Assembly (NCBI GenBank): GCA_008632985.1
Contig: QPGO01000079.1
Coordinates: 1 to 64,000 of the forward strand
Length of the DNA stretch: 64,000 nucleotides
Direction: 5' to 3'
Source of the DNA: Psammoneis japonica
Taxonomy: Eukaryota
In this document: positions 52,471 through 63,797 of the stretch, piece after piece
Numbering within the stretch: position 1 is the first letter of the stretch
Layout of the letters: every line of letters begins with the position of its first letter
Notes under the pieces: model-generated
Told to the model about the DNA's origin: nothing
Database searches by the model: none
What the model saw: the letters and a program-made list of their open reading frames with translations, nothing else
Translations under genes and position numbers: made by a program

Positions 52471-54973
52471 ATGGGTTGCGCCAACAGCAAGGACACTCCA
52501 ACTCCAGGAGCAACAACCACGACACAGAGTCGTAGTAATACTACGACATCAAAATCTGCTCCAGCTACTTCTCCCAAAGCATCCTCCAAACCAATGGACA
52601 TGGAAATTGATTCCAAAACGGGCGGTGGTGACGCCATGAAACGTGAAGAAACCATTAATATTCACAATCGTGTTCGTCAACAACGTGGAAAGAATGTCTT
52701 TGCACAGCCACTGGATTTAACTTCGGAATACACACCGCCTTCCTTTCCAAAGAGCGATGCCGCTATTCAATTTATCGATTCGTCGCTTGCGGATAATTTC
52801 ATTTTTGCATCGTTGTCCACCAAGGAACGCCGTTCTCTGATTGATGCCATGCAGCTCCAAGCCGTGCAAGCCGGAACACTCATTATCAAACAAGGCGAAG
52901 TGGGGATTATTTCTATGTCGTCGAAGAGGGTCAAGTGAGTTTTTCCGTCGATGGCAATCACGTGGGCAGTTGTACGCGTGGAGCGTCCTTTGGAGAATTG
53001 GCGCTCTTGTACAATTGTCCCCGGGCCGCTACGTGTTTGGCCAATACGGATTGTCGTCTCTGGAAGGTGGATCAGTTGACCTTTCGTCACATGCTGGCCA
53101 ACAACACGGCCAATCAACAAAAGGATATTCACGAGACTCTACGAAAAGTGCCGTTCTTATCGGAACTCGATGACGCCGATTTGGTCAAGATTTCCGATGC
53201 CCTCACGACTGTCACCTTTCCCGAAGGCGAACGTATCATCAACAAGGGGGATGTCGGTGAAGTCTTTTACATTTTGCGAGAAGGAACCGTCAGGGTGCAC
53301 GATATTGGTTTTGGCGATTCGCAGTATGTCGATCAAGATTTGCAACCCGGCGACTGGTTTGGAGAACGCGCCCTCTTGACGGGAGAACCCCGTGTTGCCA
53401 ACATTACGAGCACCTCGTGGTGTTCGACGCTGTGTCTGTCGCGTGATACCTTTGAAAAGGTCTTGGGGCCGCTCCAGGGACTTATTGATCACGCCATGAA
53501 GAAGCGTGTCTTGATGGGAGTGCCCATTTTTGCCAATTCCAAGTTTCAACCCTACGAAATGGCGCGTTTGACGGATTTGGTAACGGAGGCGTCGTTTAAA
53601 AAGGGAGAAATCATTGCCGAAGAGGGCAAACCGGCAAATCAAAATTTGTACATTCTTCGGAGTGGACGTGTCGTTGTGGCGCACAGCGACGGGGTCATTT
53701 CCAATTTGGAGAGTGGAGATTACTTTGGAGAGAAAAGCATCAAGGACGACGAGGGAGTCTTGTCGAAGCAAACCATTTCGGCAAGCGAAGACACGACGTG
53801 TGGTGTCTTGACGCGTTCGGATATTGAGAGTGTCATTGGTGACATTTCTCGTCTTGGACAGCCGCTTCCCATGGCATCGAACCGGATGAACCTCAATATT
53901 AAGTTCAAGGATTTGGTCAAATTCCGTATTTTGGGTGTCGGAACCTTTGGTAAAGTGTGGCTTGTCTCACACAAGAGAACGGGTGTCCCGTACGCACTCA
54001 AAATGCTCAACAAGCGTGAAATCATTGGTCACCACCAAGTGGAGGGTGTCATTCGCGAGAAAAACATTATGAGTTCGATTGATCATCCCTTTGTTGTGAA
54101 TCTCGTCAGTACCTTTCAAGACGACCGCAGTCTCTACATGCTCATCGAGTTGGTGCAGGGCGGAGAGCTTTTTTCGGTGGTGCACACGGAAACGCGGGAC
54201 GGCGTGCCCAATACCAATGCTCGCTTTTATGCCGCGTGCATCTTGGAGAGTTTGTCGCATTTGCACCACCGCAGCATCTGCTACCGGGATTTGAAACCTG
54301 AAAACATTTTGATTGATGACAAGGGATACTGTGTCTTGGTGGATTTGGGTTTTGCAAAGATTGTAGTGGACAAGACTTACACTCTATGTGGTACGCCCGA
54401 GTATTTGGCGCCCGAGATTATTCTCTCCAAGGGTCATGACAAGGGAGTGGACTATTGGGCATTTGGTGTAAGTTGTTTGTTTGGGAAAGTTGTGTTTTTG
54501 TATTGGCGTTTTTGGTATTGATTTTGCTAACCCACTTCTCATTCGCATTGCCTTCTCGATCTCGTTAGGTCTTGATTTACGAGATGCTCGTGGGCCGTTC
54601 CCCCTTTTACAGCTACGGCACGGACCAAGTCAGCCTCTTTAAGCGGATTGTCCAAGTCAAGTACTCGTTCCCTCCCGGTGGTGTTGTGAACGAAATGGCC
54701 CAAGACTTGATTCAGCGCCTCATTGTTCGTCGCCAAGCCAATCGCTTTGGGTGTTTGGCTCGGGGTGATATGGATATTCGAGATCACGCTTGGTTTAACG
54801 TGATTGATGTCGACAAGCTCCTCAACAAGAAGATTGCCGCTCCGTGGGTGCCGCACATTAAGGACCCTCTGGATGTGAGTCATTTTGATTCCTACCGTCA
54901 CGTGGAGAACGAACCCCCGTCCAACAAACCGGCTCTTACCGCGCAACAGCAAGCATTGTTTAAGGACTTTTAG
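52471..54973 (+). CDS. Cyclic-nucleotide-dependent protein kinase (three cNMP-binding domains + AGC kinase, PKG-like); 1-bp frameshift near 52905
   Basis: MGCANS acylation-type start; FGELALLYNCPRAAT, FGERAL...PRVA and GDYFGE; LGVGTFGKV, YRDLKPEN, GTPEYLAPE. Intron 54468-54568. One G is missing in the G run at 52902-52905 (expected GDYFYVVEEG). Confidence 0.9.
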
Positions 54974-55156
54974 ACTCAACATACCAGAGAGAGTGGCAGC
55001 GGTGGGGTTGGTTATGTAGTGTCGGATTTCTTAATCGTTGGATTTTATTGTGATTTGTTGGCTAGAGATTTAGTTCTAGTTTATTGTGTATCTAGTTGTG
55101 TACCGGTAGCTTGTTGAGACGTGACCGCGTAGGGAAAAAGGTCGCTTTGTCTATGA

Positions 55157-57154
55157 TCAGATAGATAGCGTCCTTCTTGAGAAAATGTTGCTCGCAGTGT
55201 CGCTCATTTGCTCGTTTCCTGCATTACTCGAATGGTTTGCGCGTGAAATGGTTGCATTGTGGCATTTCCGTATTTGATCCGGTTCCATGTCGTGACCCAT
55301 AATGTAATATTCATTCTCTAGACAATTCCCGTCATAGGAAAACATTTTGGTTCGGATCCACTTGATTCTGCTCTTGAAGGGAGATTCGTCCATCCAGATT
55401 CCAAACGATGTGTCTTCGCCTTGGTACTTGAACAACTTGTTGTCGGACGACGAGAGATATTCTCCAATGGAGCGGGAAAACACATACCCGGCTGCCCCTC
55501 TTGGCCATGCGGGGTAGGTCGTTCTCGGGTAATATAATTCTGCCCATTTTCCATCACGGTTGACGGGTGCGTCCCATACAATGTCGCCGATCACCGTTGG
55601 CGTCTGGGGATGAAGGGACTTGAGATATTCTTCAAGACCTGGCACACGCATTACCATGTCATCGTCCGTCTTTGCAATCCATTGAATCTTTGTGTGTTTC
55701 ACGAGCCAAGCCGTGCCGCCAAGGAGTTTGTGAGGCAACGATCGGTAGGATTCCTTGATTGCCACCATTACGATATCCTTGTATTGTTCTTGCTCCTTGA
55801 TCAAAGCATTGTCATCGTCGTGATTTCCCCACAGCAGTCGTCTTGATGTCGCATTAGTAGTATCATTCTTTGGTGCCTCTTTGATACATGTCATGTTTTG
55901 ACGTTGGCTGAGTGGAATGTCGCATTTGGTTCCCACAACAAAGTACACGCTTTGGTTAGCGGCCCACGTCTCGCGAATGGTTTGCCGCCGTTCAAAGTTT
56001 CGTCTAGCACTCAGTACAATGACAGCCAAGGAAGAATCCTTGTTGATGGGTGGTTCCTTCCACTTGGAGGGAATCGTGGTGTCTTGCATGGACGTGTCTG
56101 CGTCTTTTTTGGGCAAAGCGGCAAATGGAGGCTTCATGGGTTTGGCTGCTGGAACGACTTGGACTGCACTAGTGGCAGTAAAGGTCTTCTGGTGGTTGCC
56201 AAAGCATGCACGGATTTGGTCCACACTCAGTTTGTTCCCAATAATGAGCGCCTCTGGATCGTAGCATTCGCCTTGATTGCGAAACAGCATCGTGTCTGAA
56301 TACCATTGAACCGAAAAGGGAGCTTTGTCCAACCAAATCCCTAGACTAGTGTCGGCACTCTGAGACAAGAGCAGCTCACTAGCATAATCTGCCACGTGTT
56401 GTGCAATACGTCGACTCACTACCCAACCCGAAGGCCCTCGCGGCCAAGTGGGATACTCGGACTGATTGTACTGCTCATCGGCATATGGACCCGATTTCCA
56501 CACGGGCGCCCCAGCATCGACAATTTGGCCAAAGACTGTTGCATTTGTAGCAGGATAAATGCTCTGACCGTGTTGAACATGTCTCAAGTACTGATTGAGA
56601 GGGCCGATCCTTACCACCATGCCGTCATTGACCCTGGCAAACCATTCAAAGCGATCGCCCCGGTTTGTCTGAACGAGCTCGGTCAGTCCGTCTCGCAACA
56701 TGGCTGCCTGATGCGTATCGGTAGCGTTCAAGACAATCAAGTCTCCATGAGTCAGTCGTTCCCGATACAGTCGTCGCTTTACACTGGCTTTTTGTTTTTC
56801 ATCGCATGTCACCGTAGAAATGTTGAGCTGTTGCAAATCGCTACACGCTCTCCCAACGAGAAAAAAGACATTTTGTTCGTACCCCGATCCCCACGTTTCT
56901 CGAATGGCTTGGCGTTGTTTGAAATTTGCTCGAGACGACGACACCAGGACGGCGAGACGGACTTGTTCACGGGGTGCATCAGACACTGGATTTTGATTTT
57001 CAACAGCAAAGTAGCGGTGCAACTTGCGATTGTTCCAGAGCATGAGTGTGCAGAGCATTCCAACCAGAGATAGCGTCACCGTGACGGTGGAAACTCCACC
57101 TCGACGACCCCGTCTTTGTCCGCTACGAGGTGGTGAAACGGAAGCTTTGCGCAT
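55157..57154 (-). CDS. Beta-1,3-galactosyltransferase-like (GT31) with two tandem catalytic domains
   Basis: N-terminal TM helix and two copies of R..IRETW...F.VG. The second domain has KTDDD and GED; the first has degenerate RVNDG/SAD. Confidence 0.9.
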   Translation of the reverse strand: MRKASVSPPRSGQRRGRRGGVSTVTVTLSLVGMLCTLMLWNNRKLHRYFAVENQNPVSDAPREQVRLAVLVSSSRANFKQRQAIRETWGSGYEQNVFFLVGRACSDLQQLNISTVTCDEKQKASVKRRLYRERLTHGDLIVLNATDTHQAAMLRDGLTELVQTNRGDRFEWFARVNDGMVVRIGPLNQYLRHVQHGQSIYPATNATVFGQIVDAGAPVWKSGPYADEQYNQSEYPTWPRGPSGWVVSRRIAQHVADYASELLLSQSADTSLGIWLDKAPFSVQWYSDTMLFRNQGECYDPEALIIGNKLSVDQIRACFGNHQKTFTATSAVQVVPAAKPMKPPFAALPKKDADTSMQDTTIPSKWKEPPINKDSSLAVIVLSARRNFERRQTIRETWAANQSVYFVVGTKCDIPLSQRQNMTCIKEAPKNDTTNATSRRLLWGNHDDDNALIKEQEQYKDIVMVAIKESYRSLPHKLLGGTAWLVKHTKIQWIAKTDDDMVMRVPGLEEYLKSLHPQTPTVIGDIVWDAPVNRDGKWAELYYPRTTYPAWPRGAAGYVFSRSIGEYLSSSDNKLFKYQGEDTSFGIWMDESPFKSRIKWIRTKMFSYDGNCLENEYYIMGHDMEPDQIRKCHNATISRANHSSNAGNEQMSDTASNIFSRRTLSI

Positions 57155-57429
57155 TATAGTTCTATTTGTTTCATCTCATTGGGAAGCCGTCGGTAAAAAG
57201 CATTTCTCATTTCGTCGTCGATGAGAGGTATGAGCTATCATACCCGGTGTTGGTTCACGCGCGGTGCGGTGGGGCGGTGGGGCCAAGGATATAAATCCTT
57301 GGGTGGGGCGGGGTCCAGAGCAGGGTGCCGCACCTGCATGCCCGTTCGTTCAAGATTCAAGATGTGGTCGCGGCGCGGCTCTGCTGGCTAGCTAGAGGGC
57401 CCTCTAGAGCCAGCCAGTTTAGCTCTAGA

Positions 57430-60400
57430 GGTCGTGTTCCTCACCACTCATGTCTTTCGCACGGTGCTCTCGAGTGTCGACACTGCTCTTGAACAAAGAC
57501 AATGGACCAGCAGAGACATGGATTTCTGAGCGCAGAGGTGGCGTGGCTCGCTTGTGTGAGATTTGTGCTGGGTTTGGTTTGTGTTTTGTCAACTTGAGTT
57601 CACTGGAGACCTGAGAAAAGGGAAAAATCAAAAAATGTGAAAGATGACATCTTGTGTGTTGTTTCTGCAAGTGTGCTGTAATTTGTGATGGCTGGGTGGT
57701 GCAAAATGGAGCAAGAAATGAAGCGATTCGATTCACTCCCTCATCTGCCAAATCATTGAGGACATCCAAGAATTTTCTCACCTTCGCCTTTTCCTGCAAG
57801 TGGCTTGGTTGTGGTGCTGACAGAGTTGGCAAAGATCTGCCACTGACTCTCCTGCAGCGGTGACATGGAGCTGGAGCCTGCAACAGCGAGCTGGCCAAGA
57901 TTGCTCCAAGCCAAGAATGCTCTGTCTTTGCTTGTTGTGTTTGTGACCAACGGTTGGGGGGCATTTGTGAGGAAACTCACAGAGAGTTTTAGGCATGGGA
58001 GATCCTTTGTGGCGCCATTTCTCTGCACTCGTTCTCAAAGTTTGACACATGGGTGGTGTCAGATGGAGTCAAAAGCCCACATGCTGGCACAAAATGTGCA
58101 ACGTTTGATTCACTCCACTCACTCAAAAGTGCCATGATGATCAAATTCACTCCTGCAATTTCCGTTGCAAGCCTGACCCATTTTCCAGCCAAATGATTGG
58201 GGTGTCATGCCGCCATGATTTGTCATGTGGCTGCATTTGGAGGTGCGCTGTTGCTGTTTTTTGCAACAAAAGTTGAGCAAACATTGAGCCATTTCCGGGC
58301 TTCCACAAAACTCATGATGCTGCTGAATCACGCATCACCTCCAACCCAGCTGCCTTCTTCCTTCCTTCACACAAGCTTGCTCCACTTGATGCAACATTTC
58401 AGCTGCATGCACAGGTGTGCTGGAACCATCCTTGGGGAGACTGGGCTGTTTGCGCCGGAGCTTCTTCCTTTGCTGATGTTTCTGCAGCTGAGCAGGGTCG
58501 CTGTGCACTGCCAGGATGCCAACAGTGCACTCGGTCTGCCCCGAAGCATGGTTTAAAGAGGCGCAGGCTTGCAGGGCTTGTTCATGCAATTTAGAAGCCC
58601 CTGCCCAACTTCAATGTCTTTGGTCTCCAGCCAGACATTGGCTCATCTAACAGCAGCAAAAAAATCATTTTTGCACCACATGAATGCCAAAAGGCAGTGT
58701 TTCATGGCAACCACAAGGGCTGGACAAGGCCCGACAATGACATCTTCTCTCAATGATGCAGGCACACACCTTCTTCCACTTGCTTGCATGCCACACAGCC
58801 TCCTTTTTGGTGATTGGCAGCACCTTGTGCTCATGTTGCCTGCACCTCCTTAGAACTCTGAAGCTTGTTTTTTCAGCACTCCTGTGCATGTGCGTGTTGT
58901 GTTTTTCTGCACAAAATGGTCACACCCCCCTGGGCATTTTTGGTCAGAGGCTGCCAAGATCTTTCACAAACTGTTTCGTGGCAATGTCAACAGGAGTGTG
59001 CTTTGTGCAGGCAGCCATGCAGCAGCCTGGTTCTGCCATGTCAATGACAGCTTTGTCCCAGCAATGACATTTCATGCCCATGTTGTTCGCATCGAGGACA
59101 CCTTGAAAGTGCGGATGAGAGCAAATCTCTCAAAGAGACACTTTGGTCATGATTCGATGGCACAGACGGTGAGTTGCTGGGTGAGAATCACTGCCGCACA
59201 TTGCAGAGATTGCAAAATGGTGTTTGTGAGAGAGAAGCAATCCAGTCTGCGACAATGTCCGCAATTTTTTGATTGTTGTCATCCACAATCTTGACATCAC
59301 TTTCACACTTAAAAAAGGATTTGGCTGGGGACTTGAAGATGAGCCGCAACTGGGGTCATGGGCTTGAAAATTGAATTTGGGCCACAAGTGCCAAACCACA
59401 GGGTGATCTTCTTTCAGGAGCACTCTTTCAGTTTAGGAGCAGGCTTTGTCAACACATGATCAACAGCATCATCACCCGTTGCAGACTCCAACTCTTAGAA
59501 TCCCACAGCTCTGTTCCGCCCTTCCTCGTCCTCTCTTGTCACCACACCATTGTCATCTTCCATCATTGACACCTCACGCAGCCACCCCCATCGTGCTGTT
59601 GAAACAAACACCTTGTTGCCTTTGATCAAACCAAGTCAAGTGCTGTTGGGAGGACGGAATGACACTTCTCGTGGCAAACGAAATCTCGCACACTGAGCCA
59701 CCTGAACACCATGCTTCAACGCAACAAAATCTCCCACAACAATGACGAATCCTTGCGCGGACACACTTTCATCGGTTGCACAGATCCTTCTGACCAGTGG
59801 GTCATGGGACTTTGAAAAAGTGGGCGCATGGATTTCCAGCCCATCCGCCCAAAATGTGTTGCTGCCCCATCACGCAGCGCACCTTCTGGCACTTTTCCAA
59901 TGACGAGAGCACAAGTTCAAAATCATCAACGGCGAAAATGGCGCTTGTCTCGGCGATGCTCGTTTCAAAGACAATCGTCTTGATGCCACCAGCAACCCCT
60001 GTCCTGTGACTCATGTGTGTGGCTTGTGGCACTGTGGCGAGAAAATCAAGTGTGTTGAGTTGCAGTTGTGTGTCTTGTGGTGCAGCATTGTGTTTTGATG
60101 CTTTTTGGGTGTGTTGTTGCCTGACCTTGTCTTGCTCATGGTTCTTTGTTTCGTCTCATGTTCCAGAGCAAGGTGCTGACATGTTCTGTCATTCGCGCCA
60201 TTGATGTGTTGTGAGTGAAGTGGATTGAGCTGTGTGGATTGTGGGGTCGACCTCGGTGACCAGCACTGCTGGTCAATCTGGGGTGCATGAGGAACCGCTT
60301 CTGGTCATTTGTTCGAGACAGCCAGACTTGGAACACAACAAAAACACCTGCGCTGGCTTGTGTGCGACAATTTTGGGCCATGATTGCGTGCTCAATTTGT

Positions 60401-61880
60401 TTGGTCATGTGTCCTTGGAGTTGAGCATGATCAATCTCTCGCTCGTCCTCGTTGTTGGACAAGTTGGTGCCGCTTTCTGGTCGTTTGTTTGAGATGGCCA
60501 GACTTGGAACTCAACAAAAACACCTGCACTGGCTCATGTGCGACAATTTGGGGCCATGATTGCGCGACCAATTTGTTTGGTCATGTGTCCTTGGAGTTGA
60601 GCGTGATCAATCTCTCACTCGTCCTCGTTGTTGGGCGCGTTGGCGCCGCTTTCTGGTCGTTTGTTCGAGATGGCTGGACTTCTGACTCAACAAAAACACC
60701 TGGACTGGCTCATGTGCAACAATTTTGGGCCATCATTGCGTGCTCAATTTGTTTGGTCATGTGTCGCTGGAGTTGAGCGTGATCAATCTCGCGCTCGTCC
60801 TCATTGTTGGGCACACTGGGACCGCTTTCCAGTTGTTTGTTCGAGATGGCTAGACTTGGAACTCAACAAAAACACCTGTGCTGGCTCACATGCGACAATT
60901 TTGGGCCGTGATTGCGTGCTCAATTTGTTTGGTCATGCATCCTCAGAGTTGAGTGTGATCAATCTCTTGCTCGTCCTTGTTGTTGGGCGCATTGGTGCCA
61001 CTTTCTGGTTGTATGTTCGAGATGGCTAGACTTCCAACTCAACAAAAACACTGGGCTGGCTCACACGCGACAATTTTGGGCCATTGTTGCGTGCTCAACT
61101 TGTTTGGTCATGCATCATTGGAGTTGAGTGTGATCAATCTCGTGCTTGTCCTCGTTGTTGGGCGCACTGGGACCGCTTTCTGGTTGTTTGTTCGAGATGG
61201 CTAGACTTGGAACTCAACAAAAACACCTGGACTGGCTCGCGTGCAACAATTTTGGGCCGTTGTTGCGTGTTTTCGATGCCTCTTCTTGGAGCCAAACAAG
61301 AACACCTGGGTTGGCTTTCATGGAACATGTTTGGACGACATTTGTGTGCTTGATTCATTTGGTCATGTGTCCTTGGAGTTGAGTGTGATCAATCTCGCGC
61401 TCATCCTCGTTGTTGGGTGCGCTGGAGCCGCTTTCGCGTCAATTTTGTGGTGTGTTTCTCCCTGGAATGGCCATTTTGCGCCTGGATTGGCTTGCACGCA
61501 ACAACTTTGGACTCTCACTGTGTGTTTGGATCATTCAGTTGTGCGTCCTTGCAGTTGAGCCGGAGTGCGAAACTTTGTCGGATGGTTTGAAAGCGGGGCA
61601 AGACGCGGAGGTTTTCTGTGGCATGTGGCTTGCAATTGCATTGCAGCCCAATTTGTGTGCTTTGTCAACATCAGCAAGGAATTGCTCAGCTCTGCTGCAT
61701 GGCAGCTCATCGCATTTTGCCTGTCTCTGCTGGCCATTCGCGTGGTCGGGATGATTTTTTAGCCGCGATGCGCCCTGTTTCGCAACGCGCGTGCTGAGGT
61801 GCGTGTGCCCACTTTTTCCAAAGTCCCCCAACCCATTCCATCTCCATGCTGTGCTGCAAACATGTCAGTGACGGAGTTAA
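57430..61880. mobile_element. Unclassified hypermutated relic; TpA-depleted domain 5
   Basis: About 14 TAs in 4.4 kb, none in 59498-60850. Begins after a CTCTAGAG doublet and contains a 176-bp tandem array. Confidence 0.55.
60295..61440. repeat. 176-bp tandem repeat, ~6.5 copies
   Basis: Units start at 60295, 60470, 60646, 60822, 60998 and 61173. Many differences fall at TG/CA/CG/TA sites. Confidence 0.95.
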
Positions 61881-62006
61881 ATGTCAAATGATGAACATAG
61901 AACTTACACAAAAACGCATTGAACTCAACAACGTACTCACTAACACATGCAGTAGCCAGCAGAGGGCCCTGCAACAGCCACTTTTCCTTTCTATGTCTGC
62001 ATTACC

Positions 62007-62259
62007 TTCATCGTGGAACCCCGCAAATACGCGGGGACCTGTAACCCGGAAATGCGTAGAGTTGTACGTGCATGTGTGGGGACTATTTGCGCAGGTTTTG
62101 TACCAGAGCTATCTCGCGAACTAGGCGTTTTTTCGAAATTTTTTCGTAGAAACTGTACCAGTTTTGCGTATGTAGGCTACATGTTTCAGTACCACATACA
62201 AAAATGAGCGTAGACCTCTACAGGAGGGTCCCCGCGTATTTGCGGGGTTCCACGATGAA
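62007..62259. mobile_element. 253-bp MITE-like element with perfect 33-bp inverted repeats
   Basis: TTCATCGTGGAACCCCGCAAATACGCGGGGACC (62007-62039) and its exact reverse complement (62227-62259). Confidence 0.7.
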
Positions 62260-62380
62260 CCTTCAAAGTCACGAAAAATCTTCACCCCACACCCCACACC
62301 ATCGTATCTTCTTGCGATGATTTTACCCTTTCTCCTCTTCATAACAACACCGTATTTTTTTTTCGCCCCTTCCGTTCTCC

Positions 62381-62931
62381 ATGTCGACTGCTACCGAATC
62401 CACCGAACAACCGACCCTCACAATTCCGTCTGCTGAATTTACACAATACTGTATTGCAACGACTTCCGTTCGGAATTTAGTTACGTGTACTCCCGCTATG
62501 CACTATCGAACCAACAAAGGACGTGGACCACAAGCGAAGCTGTACCCTTGGCCCGGCGTATCTTTCAAGAAGCAAACGATGCCGAGAAATTGGTGACTAC
62601 TCTCCGTTCCATGGCCGACGAGATCGAAGAACACGCTGTCTATATGAAATTGGACTTCATTCGGCTCGCAGAAAAAGCATACGCCGACACAACTTGCAGC
62701 GATTGTTCGGCCAGCCTCTCGGTTCGAAACTGCCGCCTCTGCTTCAATTGCGGCACCCCCTTATGCCGCCGTTGCATGCTTGACTGCGAACAGTGCGATA
62801 ATGCAGAACGCGGCTCTGTCTTGTGCAGATCGTGCTGCCCGGGAATCGATCCCGGGAATGAAGCCTGCAAATGGTGCATTCACCACACGAAGACATTCCA
62901 GCAAGAGCAAGCCGACTACGGCAGTTATTGA
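62381..62931 (+). CDS. Hypothetical Cys-rich (CxxC repeat) protein
   Basis: Multiple CxxC pairs in 62485..62931. The ATG at 62381 is in another frame (short intron or frameshift). Confidence 0.5.
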
Positions 62932-63039
62932 ATACCCGCCTCCCTTACCAAATGGCCACTTCATTCCCCTAGCGATCGTACGTAAAATAACTAAACATAC
63001 ATTCCTTCGTCTTTTCTGGTGTTTACTACAGCTGACAAC

Positions 63040-63797
63040 GACAATGCTAAAACCACGATTCCCATAAAGACAACGGTCGGTGTACATCCATGTCATGTGG
63101 ACAAAGAGGGACTGTCTGCGGATGAAAAGTTGGAAACTATAGAGATTGCTACAAGAAAACAAGGAGACCGTGGCAGCTGTGGGTGAATGTGGCTTGGACA
63201 CAAGTGAAGGCTTTCCACCGCTCGAGAATCATCAATTACCTTGGTTTCGAGCTCAAGTCGAGTTGGCATCTGAATGGAATCTCCCATTATTTGTGCATGA
63301 AAGGCTGGCATTTGATGAAACAATAGAGTGCTTGGCTTCTGTACAGGTTCCAGTGTTCATCCATTGTTTTACCGGAACGCGAGAGGAATGTCGTGAGCAC
63401 GTCAAGAGGGGATGCTCTATTTTATTTTCTGGATTTATTTGCAGAGTCCAATGACAATTGCGCCAAGGTACAAGCTTGTCTGGCAGAGGGGCTGATACCG
63501 CTGGACATACTCATGGCTGAAACAGACGCACCGTACATGGGCTTTGACGGCTGTCGCGATGCGTACATGGAAAAGAATGCAGAGTACGTTGCCAGTCTCA
63601 ATGGCAAGAAACGAAAACGACTAACCAAGAGCACCTATCCAAATGTACCCAGCTCATTACCACAAGTTGTTGACAAGATTATGGAATGTATAAACAAGAA
63701 TAGACTGGATTGTGGAGAGGAGTTGTAGGACCGAAGCCGTTTGTCGGAACAAATGACTCGAAACGCGATCGCTTTCTTTGGTTTTGAAGGAATGTAA
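63040..63797 (+). pseudogene. TatD-family DNase, 5'-truncated, with frameshifts and an internal stop
   Basis: TVGVHP, AVGECGLD, PLFVHER, IHCFTG and AETDAPY are spread across three frames. The TAG at 63726 precedes the MTRNAIAFF terminal helix. Confidence 0.85.

Noticed and set aside
57430..60290. DNA-modifying enzyme relic inside domain 5
   Set aside because: No methyltransferase or deaminase motif could be supported from the degraded frames.
60295..61440. Possible CRISPR array or coding repeat
   Set aside because: Whole units are homologous, there are no spacers, and the period of 176 is not a multiple of 3.
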